Shown here: one piece after another, positions 46,637 to 55,930 of the stretch
Layout of the letters: each line of letters begins with the position of its first letter
Position numbering within the stretch: position 1 is the first letter of the stretch
Assembly: GCA_965208125.1 (NCBI GenBank)
Contig: OZ242320.1
Coordinates: 2,080,001-2,144,000 of the forward strand
Direction of reading: 5' to 3'
Origin: Candidatus Latescibacterota bacterium
GTDB lineage: Bacteria > Latescibacterota > UBA2968
DNA length: 64,000 nt
Notes under the pieces: generated by a model
Databases searched by the model: none
Seen by the model: the letters and a program-made list of their open reading frames with translations, nothing else
Told to the model about the DNA's origin: nothing
Made by a program: the position numbers and the translations under genes

Positions 46637-47233
46637 ATGCTGAATTTGAATGAACTGGACACTGATGACATCCCTGGTATCACGCGGGTAAAGGGCAATG
46701 AGCTGGCACAGGCAGGGGCCGTATGCTTGGAATTGCAAGGACACCAACAAGGTGTCCAACTTATAGTTCAAGGATATGCTAACAATAGCTATACCATGGC
46801 TTGGACGCCAGCAAATAACCAGACATTGCGGACCTAGAATGACCCCGATGAAGCTACCGAAGCCGGTGCTGCTGCCATAGCGATTCTATTGGTAATCAAG
46901 GAAATTGGTTACACCGTTATTGCGCGTTCACGGAAAGGCACGGGATTTGATTACTGGCTGGGTAATGCTGATATATTAAATATATCAACTATTGAACGCG
47001 AGGTAACGACGGATTTGCGACACATTCTGCAAGATGACAACCTCGTTGTTCGAGGCAGGATGGAAGTATCCGGTATTCGTGAGGGCAATGACCGCCAAGT
47101 CAGAGCAAGAATGCAGCAAAAGTTACAACAGATAAACCGGTCTAATGCTTTGAGATTGCCAGCTTACGTAATCGTAGTTGAATTTAGCAGGCCACTTGCC
47201 GAGGTTGGAGAAAAGAGAAATGAGCAAAGTTAG
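46637..47233 (+). pseudogene. Putative PD-(D/E)XK-like protein interrupted by one in-frame TAG
   Basis: ORFs 46637-46837 and 46889-47233 are in frame; read-through gives TLRT*NDPDEATEAGA...KGTGFDYWLG...MEVSGI. Confidence 0.65.
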
Positions 47234-47588
47234 TGATCTTCACAACAAGGCTATGGAATTCGCTGATCTTGCTGATCTGGAACGGCGGCGAAGCAACGAG
47301 GAACGGGCAGCGGAGTTTCTTGAGCAGGCGTTGGAATTTGAACTGGCTGCAATCGCCGAACTGTATGATCAGGACGGGCTAACTTGGTCCGTGCTGCACC
47401 GCAGTGCCGGGTGGCTGGCTTTGGACTGCAACCGACCACGTTTAGCTGAGCAACTGGCCTGCAAAGCCCTCGCTGGCGATCCTCATCCAGAGATTGCTGA
47501 AGAATTGCGAGACCTTCTGGCGGAAACCTATGCTCGAATGCACCGCAAACCAAAGGGTGCCTCTATGGCCGAAACCGCCGATAACTAA
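47220..47588 (+). CDS. Small helical/TPR-like hypothetical protein
   Basis: LHNKAMEFAD...SVLHRSAGWLALDC; overlaps the upstream stop. Confidence 0.7.
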   Translation: MSKVSDLHNKAMEFADLADLERRRSNEERAAEFLEQALEFELAAIAELYDQDGLTWSVLHRSAGWLALDCNRPRLAEQLACKALAGDPHPEIAEELRDLLAETYARMHRKPKGASMAETADN

Positions 47589-47614
47589 CCGTTCGGTACT
47601 CCCATTTATTGCAC

Positions 47615-47654
47615 ACAAAAACCCCAGACGATTTTCGCTTGGGGTCTTGTTTTT
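47615..47654. terminator. Bidirectional terminator
   Basis: ACAAAAACCCCAG...TTGGGGTCTTGTTTTT. Confidence 0.6.
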
Positions 47655-47728
47655 ATAACAGAAATGAACACGCGACCATTAACTAATGACCTCTGTACCC
47701 CTACTAACACACCTGCCTAAACAGCGTG

Positions 47729-48874
47729 TTATTTTAATTTTTGAGCAGCAATTATTGCTGTGTTATAATAGGCATCGCCTTTGACGGAGTTTGCAAGAAC
47801 TTTATTTAACCAAATTTTTTGGGATTCTTTGTCCTTAAGACTCTTGTATAGATCAACGATTTTAAGTCGATACAAATTTAATTCTGGATCATTTGGAAAT
47901 TCAGTTTCCAGTTGATTGAATGTTTCCACAAAAATCGGCAGATATTTGTTATATCGCCTTTCTTTTTCACCACGCATGTCACCAAAATTTGATTTATCGA
48001 GTCCGACAACAATTGTCATACCTCGATTTGAATTTGAAGTTTTTTTCCAACCAAGTAGAGTCTGCATTTTCATTTTGTACGCCATATTCGCATAACTTGT
48101 GCCAGGAGTATTTTGAATCGCTGTATCGTAAAGTTCGATCATGCGATTAAAATTCTTCACTTCAATGAATCTTTCTGATAGTTTTGGTTCTTCCAGATCA
48201 ACTTTTACTTCCTTTCTTTTAGCAGAAAGATCAATAGCCGTGCTTAAAGCTCCCATTGCAACGATTTCATTATTGAATTTTTCCGTCATTTCGATTGAAA
48301 CTTGAGAAAATTCACTTTCAGAAAATTTTTCCTGGAGTTCCTTCCAAATAGAGATTCCCTTTGAAAACTTTTTTAGTCCCTGTATTCTCAGGTCATTTAA
48401 TCTCAGGGTGGTTTCAAATGTCATCATAGTTAAATTTTGACTTCGATGTTCATACGCAGAACTCTGCCCCGACATTATATCTGCCCGCATATAGGATAAA
48501 TTTGATGAAACAGAATTTCGACTTAAAGCACCAGAGACACCTGAGAGAAGTGAACCAATGCCAAGCCAAAGTTGTTTGTTTCGATTCGATTTTATTTGAC
48601 GCGAAATATAATTTTGCATCGCCAATTCGGAAGCATTGAAATGTACATATGAATTGGCAATTAAAACCATAGATTCTTCAACGAGAATGAGTCCGAGCAA
48701 AAAATAACCCTCGGCAGCCTGACTGTCTGGCGCGTCAAAAACAACATTGCGGATAATCTCACGCTTAGATTCTTCAGGAAAACCAGCTTGCAAATATAAT
48801 TTTGCTTTAGACAAACTGTCTGCATAAACATCCATACACGATATCAAAATAATTGCCGAGAGAATCCACTTCAT
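47729..48874 (-). CDS. AT-rich exported hypothetical protein, TPR-like helices
   Basis: 381 aa with a signal-like N-terminus; visibly lower GC than its flanks. Confidence 0.65.
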   Translation of the reverse strand: MKWILSAIILISCMDVYADSLSKAKLYLQAGFPEESKREIIRNVVFDAPDSQAAEGYFLLGLILVEESMVLIANSYVHFNASELAMQNYISRQIKSNRNKQLWLGIGSLLSGVSGALSRNSVSSNLSYMRADIMSGQSSAYEHRSQNLTMMTFETTLRLNDLRIQGLKKFSKGISIWKELQEKFSESEFSQVSIEMTEKFNNEIVAMGALSTAIDLSAKRKEVKVDLEEPKLSERFIEVKNFNRMIELYDTAIQNTPGTSYANMAYKMKMQTLLGWKKTSNSNRGMTIVVGLDKSNFGDMRGEKERRYNKYLPIFVETFNQLETEFPNDPELNLYRLKIVDLYKSLKDKESQKIWLNKVLANSVKGDAYYNTAIIAAQKLK

Positions 48875-48875
48875 T

Positions 48876-49082
48876 TCAGCCTCCTTGTTTTTTGTTTTTA
48901 CATGACTGTCGTTTTATCGCGTCAGAAGGACCTGCTTTGTCGGAAATTGAGGATTTCTGACTGGACAATGTGACGCGCTTGCCCTTCGTCCAATCTACAT
49001 ACTCAGTCGAGTCGTGAGTATCCCAGAATGCGCGCTCCTCATCTTCATTCTTGAACTTTGGAATCTGTTTCTTCCTGGGCAT
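48876..49082 (-). CDS. BrnA/CopG-like antitoxin, probably C-terminally truncated, no toxin
   Basis: IPKFKNEDEERAFWDTHDSTEYVDW; the usual ribbon-helix-helix tail is not recognisable. Confidence 0.7.
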   Translation of the reverse strand: MPRKKQIPKFKNEDEERAFWDTHDSTEYVDWTKGKRVTLSSQKSSISDKAGPSDAIKRQSCKNKKQGG

Positions 49083-49170
49083 TGTTCTACTCCTTTCTTT
49101 TTTCTTTATCTTTCCTCCAAATTTACACATTTTCACTGGTAATATTGATTTTTTTCCAAAGGAGTCCACT

Positions 49171-49929
49171 ATGTCTCTCGCTGCATGTATATGGGCACTG
49201 ACCTGTGCTGAGGAACTCGCGTTGGAGCAGGTTGCCGATGCGGGGTTTACGCATATTGATATTCGTCCGGGTTGGCTTCGGACAGCCGATCTTCAACAAC
49301 GGGCGAAGGATCTCGGTCTCTCTGTTTCTTGTATTGCCGCTTCTGCCGATATGCCCGAGGGGGCGTCCCTTGCAGGAGATGATCCACAATCCGCACGCGA
49401 TCACATAAATCGGGCATTTGAACACGGTGCTCGGCTCGGTGCTACGACTGCGTACCTGGTGCCCCAGGGCGATGATGCCGACCTGTTTGCCGAGTCTTTG
49501 AATGTGTTGGCTGATCAGGCGCAAGATGCAGGTGTCAAGCTCGCTGTCGAACATTTTCCAGGTACGTTTTTGCCGACGGTGCCGTTTACGCTCGATTATC
49601 TCGAAGGGATCGGACATCCCAATCTGTATCTGCTTTTTGATATTGGACACGCACAGATGGCGAATGAAGATCCCGCGGATATGATCGCGCTGGCAGGGGA
49701 CCGGCTGGGTTATGTTCATCTCGATGATAATGATGGGGAGGAGGATCTGCACCTGGGGCTGTGCGATGGGGTGCTTACGCGAGAGGTGCTGCAATCTACA
49801 TTCGCCGCGCTTCTGTCGGTCAATTATGCCGGGAATATGAGTCTCGAGCTCAAGCCGGATATTCCAGATCCTCTCGATGCGCTGAAGAGGAGTCGGGGGA
49901 TTGTTAGAAGTGTGAAGGATGAAGGATGA
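49171..49929 (+). CDS. Sugar phosphate isomerase/epimerase (xylose-isomerase-like TIM barrel)
   Basis: LAVEH, LFDIGH, YVHLDDNDG..DLHL, SLE. Confidence 0.85.
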   Translation: MSLAACIWALTCAEELALEQVADAGFTHIDIRPGWLRTADLQQRAKDLGLSVSCIAASADMPEGASLAGDDPQSARDHINRAFEHGARLGATTAYLVPQGDDADLFAESLNVLADQAQDAGVKLAVEHFPGTFLPTVPFTLDYLEGIGHPNLYLLFDIGHAQMANEDPADMIALAGDRLGYVHLDDNDGEEDLHLGLCDGVLTREVLQSTFAALLSVNYAGNMSLELKPDIPDPLDALKRSRGIVRSVKDEG

Positions 49930-50000
49930 AGTGTGAAGAAGCACCCGCTCTGGGGTGGTGTTGGGTGGTTTTCTCACTTCTTACTTCACACTTCTTACTT
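49907..50000. repeat. Two oppositely oriented GAAG-NNN heptamer arrays between convergent genes
   Basis: Plus strand gaagtgt gaaggat gaaggat gaagtgt; minus strand aagtaa gaagtgt gaagtaa gaagtga. Confidence 0.75.
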
Positions 50001-50004
50001 GCTT

Positions 50005-50997
50005 TTACAGTTTGACCACGACCCGTCCGCGCATTTGTCCGGATAGGATGCGATCTATTTGGGCATTCAGGTCTTCCAGGTCGCATTCTGCGATTATGTT
50101 GTTCAGGGTGTTGATTTTCCAATCTGTGGCGATTTTTTTCCAGATTTTTAGTCTGAGGTCCATGGGGCATAGGACAGAGTCGATGCCGATTAGTTTGACG
50201 CCGCGGAGGATAAATGGATATACTGTGGTGTGTAGTTCGGGGGATGCTACCAGGCCACAACAGGTTATTACGCCGTGATATTGCGTTGTTTTGATGAGTG
50301 TTGACAGGATGTTTCCGCCAACGGTGTCTATTGCCGCTGCCCAGCGGCCCGATAGGATGGGCCGTCCCGTGTCGTCGTCCAATGTGCGCCGATCTATGAC
50401 TTCAGATGCGCCGAGTTCTTTCAGGAAGTCCGTTTCTGACGCTTTTCCGGTGGCTGCTACGACTCGAAAGCCGCTTTTGGCCAATATCGCCACTGCGAGA
50501 CTGCCCACGCCGCCGGTTGCGCCGGTTACTGCGATGTCGCCCTGGTCTGGCGTCACGCCTGTTTCGATGATGTGATGGACTGATAGTGCTGCTGTAAATC
50601 CCGCTGTTCCATATCCCATGCTTTCTTTTGTGGTCAATTCTTCGGGGAGTCTGACCAGCCAATGGGCGGGTACTCTGATGTATTGTCCGAATCCGCCCGG
50701 TGTATTCATTCCCAAATCGTAGCCCGTGACCAATACGCTGTCGCCAGGTTCATAGTCGGCAATAGCGCTTTCGACGATTTCTCCTGCTGCATCTATGCCC
50801 GGCGTGTGTGGATATGCCTGCGTTACGCCGCGATGCCCGGTTGCAGATAGGGCGTCTTTGTAATTTAGCGAGGAGCAGCGCACGCGTATCAGTACTTCGC
50901 CTTCGGGGAGTTCATCTATCTGGCGTTTTTCTATGGATCTTAAAAACTGGCTCTCTGTTTGGCGTACGACGAGTGCTCGAAATGATGTCATTAACAT
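50005..50997 (-). CDS. YhdH/AcuI-family NADPH oxidoreductase (acryloyl-CoA reductase-like)
   Basis: SSLNYKDAL, GTAGFTAAL, VTGATGGVGS, PFILRGV.L.GIDSV. Confidence 0.92.
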   Translation of the reverse strand: MLMTSFRALVVRQTESQFLRSIEKRQIDELPEGEVLIRVRCSSLNYKDALSATGHRGVTQAYPHTPGIDAAGEIVESAIADYEPGDSVLVTGYDLGMNTPGGFGQYIRVPAHWLVRLPEELTTKESMGYGTAGFTAALSVHHIIETGVTPDQGDIAVTGATGGVGSLAVAILAKSGFRVVAATGKASETDFLKELGASEVIDRRTLDDDTGRPILSGRWAAAIDTVGGNILSTLIKTTQYHGVITCCGLVASPELHTTVYPFILRGVKLIGIDSVLCPMDLRLKIWKKIATDWKINTLNNIIAECDLEDLNAQIDRILSGQMRGRVVVKL

Positions 50998-51093
50998 TCC
51001 TCCTTATAATAATTTAAGAATTGTCTCTTAAATTGGTATTCAGTACACTATATTACACGTTACAACTCTAATTCCAAACAATAGTATAACACA

Positions 51094-52923
51094 ATGCGAT
51101 ACAAGTCCCTCAAACAGTGCGTTGACGATCTCGATCGCAACGGTCATCTCATCCGCATTGAACAGGAGGTGGATCCCCATCTGGAGATGGCGGAGATCCA
51201 TCGCCGCGTTTTTCAGGCAAATGGTCCAGCGATTTTCTATGCGAATGTGAAAGATAGTCCGTTTCCGGCGGTTTCCAATCTTTTTGGCACGCTCGATCGT
51301 TCGCGTTTTCTTTTTCGATCAACTCTGAGATGGGTCCAACGCCTTGTCGAGGTCAAAGCTGATCCGGTTGCGTTTCTTCGCGCTCCCTGGCGCGCATTGG
51401 AGATTGCGAGGATTGCATTTAATACGTTGCCTAAAAAGGTGCGTTCTGGCGCGGTGTTCAAAAACAGTACGACTATTGATCAGCTTCCTCAGATTCAGTG
51501 CTGGCCCGACGATGGCGGTCCATTTGTTCTTTTGCCCCAGGTTTATACTGAGGATCCCGACCGGCCGGGTATTATGAATGCGAATTTGGGTATGTATCGC
51601 ATCCAGCTTTCGGGTAATGAGTACATACAGAACGAAGAAGTTGGTCTGCACTACCAGATCCGCCGCGATATTGGGATTCACCATGCCAATGCGCTGAAAC
51701 GGGGGGAGCCTTTGCGCGTGAGTATTTTTATCGGGGGACCGCCCGCGCATACGTTTTCCGCTGTTATGCCTTTGCCCGAGGGGTTGTCCGAAATTATTTT
51801 TGCCGGAGGTCTGGCCGGGCGTCGGTTTCGCTATGCGCGCAGGAATGCACACGTTATTTCTACTGAGGCCGATTTTGTTATTACGGGTACCGTGCATCCG
51901 GGCGAAACGAAGCCCGAAGGTCCGTTTGGCGATCATCTGGGGTATTATAGCCTGGCGCATGATTTTCCCGTTCTCCAGGTGGAAGATGTTTGGCACCGGA
52001 GAGACGCTATTTATCCCTTTACTGTTGTGGGTCGCCCCCCGCAGGAAGATACGGCATTTGGTTTGCTTATCCACGAGATTACCGGTCCGATGGTTCCCGT
52101 CGAGATTCCCGGTCTCAAGTCTATTAATGCTGTGGATGCGGCGGGTGTTCATCCTTTGCTCATTGCTATTGGTTCGGAACGCTATGTGCCCTACCGCGAG
52201 CGGCAACCGCAGGAGATTCTCACGCTGGCCAATGCACTGCTCGGTTTTGGCGCGTGTTCTCTGGCAAAGTATCTTTTTATTTGTGCGGGTGAAGATAGTC
52301 CCCATCTGAATACGCACGATATCAGCTCTTATTTTATCCACGTTCTCGAGCGGGTGGATTGGCGGCGCGATCTCCACTTTCAAACGCGTACGACGATTGA
52401 TACGCTGGATTATTCGGGTATGGGATTTAATGAGGGTTCCAAGGTTGTGATCGCCGCAGCCGGTGCGAAGAGACGCGATCTGTGGCGCGAGGTTCCGGGT
52501 GATCTCAGCTTGCCTGATGGATTTAAGAATCCCGCGATTGCTCTGCCCGGTATTGTAGCTATTGAGGGTCCTGACTTTAAAGATGCAGATCAGGGGGGTA
52601 AGGATGCAGTCCGCCTTGCCGAGATGCTGGCGTCTCAGTCCCTTGATGGTTTGCCGCTTGTCCTTATTGTCGATGACAGCGCGTTTTGTTCGCGCACGCT
52701 CAACAATTTTCTCTGGGTTGCGTTTACACGGTCCAATCCCTCGCATGATGTTTACGGTGTTGATAGTTTTATTGATCACAAACACTGGGGCTGTAACGGG
52801 CCGCTGATTGTTGATGCGCGCCACAAGCCCCACCACGCGCCCCCGCTTATTGAGGATCTCGGGATTACAAAAAAGGTAGAGGCTCTCGGGGCGTCGGGCG
52901 GGCCGTTGCATGGTATTATTTAA
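51094..52923 (+). CDS. UbiD-family prFMN-dependent decarboxylase
   Basis: EVDPHLEMAEI, NLGMYR, PEGPFGDHLGYY, VGRPPQED, DTLDYS. Confidence 0.92.
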   Translation: MRYKSLKQCVDDLDRNGHLIRIEQEVDPHLEMAEIHRRVFQANGPAIFYANVKDSPFPAVSNLFGTLDRSRFLFRSTLRWVQRLVEVKADPVAFLRAPWRALEIARIAFNTLPKKVRSGAVFKNSTTIDQLPQIQCWPDDGGPFVLLPQVYTEDPDRPGIMNANLGMYRIQLSGNEYIQNEEVGLHYQIRRDIGIHHANALKRGEPLRVSIFIGGPPAHTFSAVMPLPEGLSEIIFAGGLAGRRFRYARRNAHVISTEADFVITGTVHPGETKPEGPFGDHLGYYSLAHDFPVLQVEDVWHRRDAIYPFTVVGRPPQEDTAFGLLIHEITGPMVPVEIPGLKSINAVDAAGVHPLLIAIGSERYVPYRERQPQEILTLANALLGFGACSLAKYLFICAGEDSPHLNTHDISSYFIHVLERVDWRRDLHFQTRTTIDTLDYSGMGFNEGSKVVIAAAGAKRRDLWREVPGDLSLPDGFKNPAIALPGIVAIEGPDFKDADQGGKDAVRLAEMLASQSLDGLPLVLIVDDSAFCSRTLNNFLWVAFTRSNPSHDVYGVDSFIDHKHWGCNGPLIVDARHKPHHAPPLIEDLGITKKVEALGASGGPLHGII

Positions 52924-52947
52924 CTAACTACCTGGAGGACAGTTCTC

Positions 52948-53805
52948 ATGATCTACCGGTATTTCTTGATCGTTCTTGCGGTCTGTCTCTCCATTTACGA
53001 CGAATGCGACGCAGGCGCTCATAAGAAGGGTGAGGGTATAACGATTCCGGATATCTACCTGCGTGCGGTGATTGAGGATTCTTTGAATAAGGAGAAGGGT
53101 GAGGCGATTACTGCGGCTGAGATGGCGACGTTGACGCGCCTTGAAGCACCGAATTCAAGGATTCGCGATTTGACGGGGATTGAGTACGCGACCGAGCTGA
53201 CGGTGCTGAATCTCGGTGCTGTATTTATAAATGGCAATCATATCAATAGCAATGATATTACGGATATTTCTCCGTTGTCGGGTTTAACCAGGCTGACTGA
53301 GTTGTATCTTCATCGCAATATGATATGGGATATTTCTCCGCTGGCGAATTTAACGGCGCTGGAAAAACTGGATGTTAGTGCGAATTTCCATATTTCGGAT
53401 ATTTCTCATCTGTCGGGTTTGACTAAACTGAGGACGCTGTATCTCTATACCAATGAGATTTCAGATCTCTCGCCGCTGTCGGGTTTGACCAATTTGAGGT
53501 GGCTGAGTTTGAGTAATAATCTGATATGGGATATTTCTGCCCTGTCGGGTTTGACCGAGTTGAAGGGGTTGGCTCTGAATATTAATGCCGTGTCGGATAT
53601 TTCTCATCTGTCGGGTATGATCCATATGGAGAGGCTGAATATTTGGGATTGCGATATTACGGATTTATCGCCTCTGGTGGAGAATGCGGGATTGCGTGGG
53701 GAAAAGGATTTTATCGATTTGAGGGATAATCCCCTGAGCGATGTTTCGATTGATACGCATATTCCGACGCTTCGGGAGAGAGGGGTCAGGGTGAGGGATA
53801 ATTGA
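52948..53805 (+). CDS. Secreted internalin-like LRR protein, copy 1
   Basis: Signal peptide, IPD..LR cap, 22-aa repeats such as ISDLSPLSGLTNLRWLSLSNN. Confidence 0.92.
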   Translation: MIYRYFLIVLAVCLSIYDECDAGAHKKGEGITIPDIYLRAVIEDSLNKEKGEAITAAEMATLTRLEAPNSRIRDLTGIEYATELTVLNLGAVFINGNHINSNDITDISPLSGLTRLTELYLHRNMIWDISPLANLTALEKLDVSANFHISDISHLSGLTKLRTLYLYTNEISDLSPLSGLTNLRWLSLSNNLIWDISALSGLTELKGLALNINAVSDISHLSGMIHMERLNIWDCDITDLSPLVENAGLRGEKDFIDLRDNPLSDVSIDTHIPTLRERGVRVRDN

Positions 53806-53937
53806 TGCGGATGGTATGATCCGCCTACTGTGAGAGTCGGGAAAAGGATTTCCCTCCCACGATCCGCCTACTGTAGGAGCGGCATCCCTGCCGCGATCTC
53901 ATGCATTCGAATCTTGAAAGATGAGTTCCATGCCGTC
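53803..53937. repeat. ~135-bp duplicated tail (second copy 54819-54953) with REP-like hairpins and the deacetylase 3' end
   Basis: The copies differ at only a few positions on direct reading. Confidence 0.85.
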
Positions 53938-53960
53938 CATTTTTTTGGAGGACTGTTTCC

Positions 53961-54821
53961 ATGATCTATCGATATCTCTTGATCATCCTCGGTGTCTGTC
54001 TTGCCATTTATAGCGAATGCGACGCAGGTGCTCATAAGAAGGGTGAGGGAATAACGATTCCGGATACCTACCTGCGCGCGGTGATTGAGGATTCTCTGAA
54101 TAAGGCGAGGGGAGAGGCGATTACTGCGGCTGAGATGGCGACGTTGACGCGCCTTGAAGCCCCGAATTCAAGGGTTCGCGATTTGACGGGGATTGAGTAC
54201 GCGACCGAGCTGACGGTGCTGAATCTCGGCTATGTATTGACGAATGGCGGTCGCGTCAATAGCAATAGTATTTCGGATCTTTCTCCGCTGTCGGGTTTGA
54301 CTAAGCTGACAGAGTTGAATCTTTTTCGCAATACAATAGCTGATATATCGCCGCTGTCGAATTTGACAGAGCTGAAAGTGCTGGATATTAGTGGGAATTC
54401 CTATATTTCAGATCTTTCTCCTCTGTCGGGTTTGATCAAGATGAGAACGCTGCATCTCTATACCAATGATGTTTCGGATCTCTCGCCGTTGTCGGGTATG
54501 ATCGATTTGAGGTGGCTGGATGTGAGTAATAATCTGATCTGGGATATTTCTCCGCTATCGACTTTGACCGAGTTGAGAGGATTGGCTCTGAATAACAATG
54601 CGATCTCGGATCTTTCTCCGCTGTCGGGTTTGACCAGGCTGCAAAGGGTGCATGGTTGGGATTGCGATGTTTCGGATTTATCTCCTCTGGTGGAGAGTGC
54701 TGGATTGAGGGGCGAAAACAGTTTGATTGATTTGAGGGATAATCCCTTGAGCGATGTTTCGATTAGTACGCATATTCCGGTGCTTCGGGAGAGAGGGGTC
54801 AGGGTGAGAGTGGATAACTGA
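53961..54821 (+). CDS. Secreted internalin-like LRR protein, copy 2
   Basis: Colinear paralogue of 52948-53805. Confidence 0.92.
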   Translation: MIYRYLLIILGVCLAIYSECDAGAHKKGEGITIPDTYLRAVIEDSLNKARGEAITAAEMATLTRLEAPNSRVRDLTGIEYATELTVLNLGYVLTNGGRVNSNSISDLSPLSGLTKLTELNLFRNTIADISPLSNLTELKVLDISGNSYISDLSPLSGLIKMRTLHLYTNDVSDLSPLSGMIDLRWLDVSNNLIWDISPLSTLTELRGLALNNNAISDLSPLSGLTRLQRVHGWDCDVSDLSPLVESAGLRGENSLIDLRDNPLSDVSISTHIPVLRERGVRVRVDN

Positions 54822-54914
54822 TGCGGATGGTATGATCCGCCTACTGTGAGAGTCGGGAAAAGGATTTCCCTCCTGCGATCCGCCTACTGTAGGAGCGGCA
54901 TCCCTGCCGCGATC

Positions 54915-55916
54915 TCATGCATTCGAATCTTGAAAGACGAGTTCCATGCCGTCTGTGACTGTGACTGTGATTTGCAATTTTCTCGGTTCTATCAGGTGTG
55001 TGAGGTGGGATTTTCCGTTGATCCACACGTTGGGAGAGCGACACCAGGGGGCGGGTACGTCGGCGTGGAGGGTGAGTGTGCGGCAGGTGACGCGGTCGCT
55101 CAGGTTGTTGAGGTGGAGGCGGTAGCGCTTTTGGGTTTGTGTGTCGGACAGTGTTTCGATTTGTGTGTGGCGTCTGGTCTGGTGGTAGAAGAGTACTTCT
55201 TCGGGTACGGCGCACCAGACGTTGTCTCCGCCTTCTGTGAGGATGGTTTCAAATCTTTTTCTGAGTTGTGGATGCGAGCAGTCTTTGTTGGGGTGGATGG
55301 GTTTTTCCAATGGGCAATGGCAGTAGTCGATGATCCAGCCGTTTTGCGCTTGTGCATGGCGGATGTTGCGGAATGGGTCGTATTCGCTGAAGAATGGGGC
55401 GTAATACTGTTCGTGCAATGCCGTGCGATTGATCCAGAAGAGCGGGGTGTTCGGGCGGTTGAGGGCATCGGTCAGGCTCATTGCGCCGAGGTAGCCATAT
55501 TTGCGGCAGGCTTTGAGGACATGGTCCGACATGTTGGCGTTGTTGCCGGGCGCGCAGTAGAGATCGACGGGTGCGTCAATGGCGGCTTCGAGTACGTCTT
55601 TGGCGCGGCCGATTTCCAGGTCAACCATGTCGGGTTGTATGAGTTCATGGCTCCAGGAGTGATTGCCAATTCCCCAGCCCCGGTTGAGGATGTCTTTGAG
55701 TTCGTCGGCGTTCATGTGGCGATAACCATTGTAGCTGGAGTTGCCGAGATTGCGCGTTTCGCCCAGTTGCCCGACGACGACTTCTACATGTCCCGGGATG
55801 CCGTATTCTTCGTGGATGGGGATTGCGAATTGGTGAAGATCAACGAGGGCTTCGTCATAGGTGATGGAATAGACCCAGGTTTTGTTGTATTTCCAGGGGC
55901 ATATTGTGAGGGCCAT
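54915..55916 (-). CDS. Polysaccharide deacetylase (NodB-like) family protein
   Basis: SITYDE, IGNHSWSH; start placed at MALTICPWKY. Confidence 0.75.
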   Translation of the reverse strand: MALTICPWKYNKTWVYSITYDEALVDLHQFAIPIHEEYGIPGHVEVVVGQLGETRNLGNSSYNGYRHMNADELKDILNRGWGIGNHSWSHELIQPDMVDLEIGRAKDVLEAAIDAPVDLYCAPGNNANMSDHVLKACRKYGYLGAMSLTDALNRPNTPLFWINRTALHEQYYAPFFSEYDPFRNIRHAQAQNGWIIDYCHCPLEKPIHPNKDCSHPQLRKRFETILTEGGDNVWCAVPEEVLFYHQTRRHTQIETLSDTQTQKRYRLHLNNLSDRVTCRTLTLHADVPAPWCRSPNVWINGKSHLTHLIEPRKLQITVTVTDGMELVFQDSNA

Positions 55917-55930
55917 GTTTTTCTCCAGTG

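Noticed and set aside
46835-46837. In-frame TAG as pyrrolysine or stop-codon recoding
   Set aside because: TAG ends ordinary genes here (for example the enolase, tig and the HigA-like gene) and no pyl genes are seen
18583-52911. Long antisense ORFs (for example 18583-19683, 22950-23996, 39569-40867, 41481-42632, 44380-45792, 51319-52911)
   Set aside because: They are shadow frames of well-supported genes on the opposite strand and show no recognisable motifs
52948-54821. LRR pair as the template and variable repeats of a diversity-generating retroelement
   Set aside because: Differences are not adenine-specific, many are synonymous, and no reverse transcriptase is in the window
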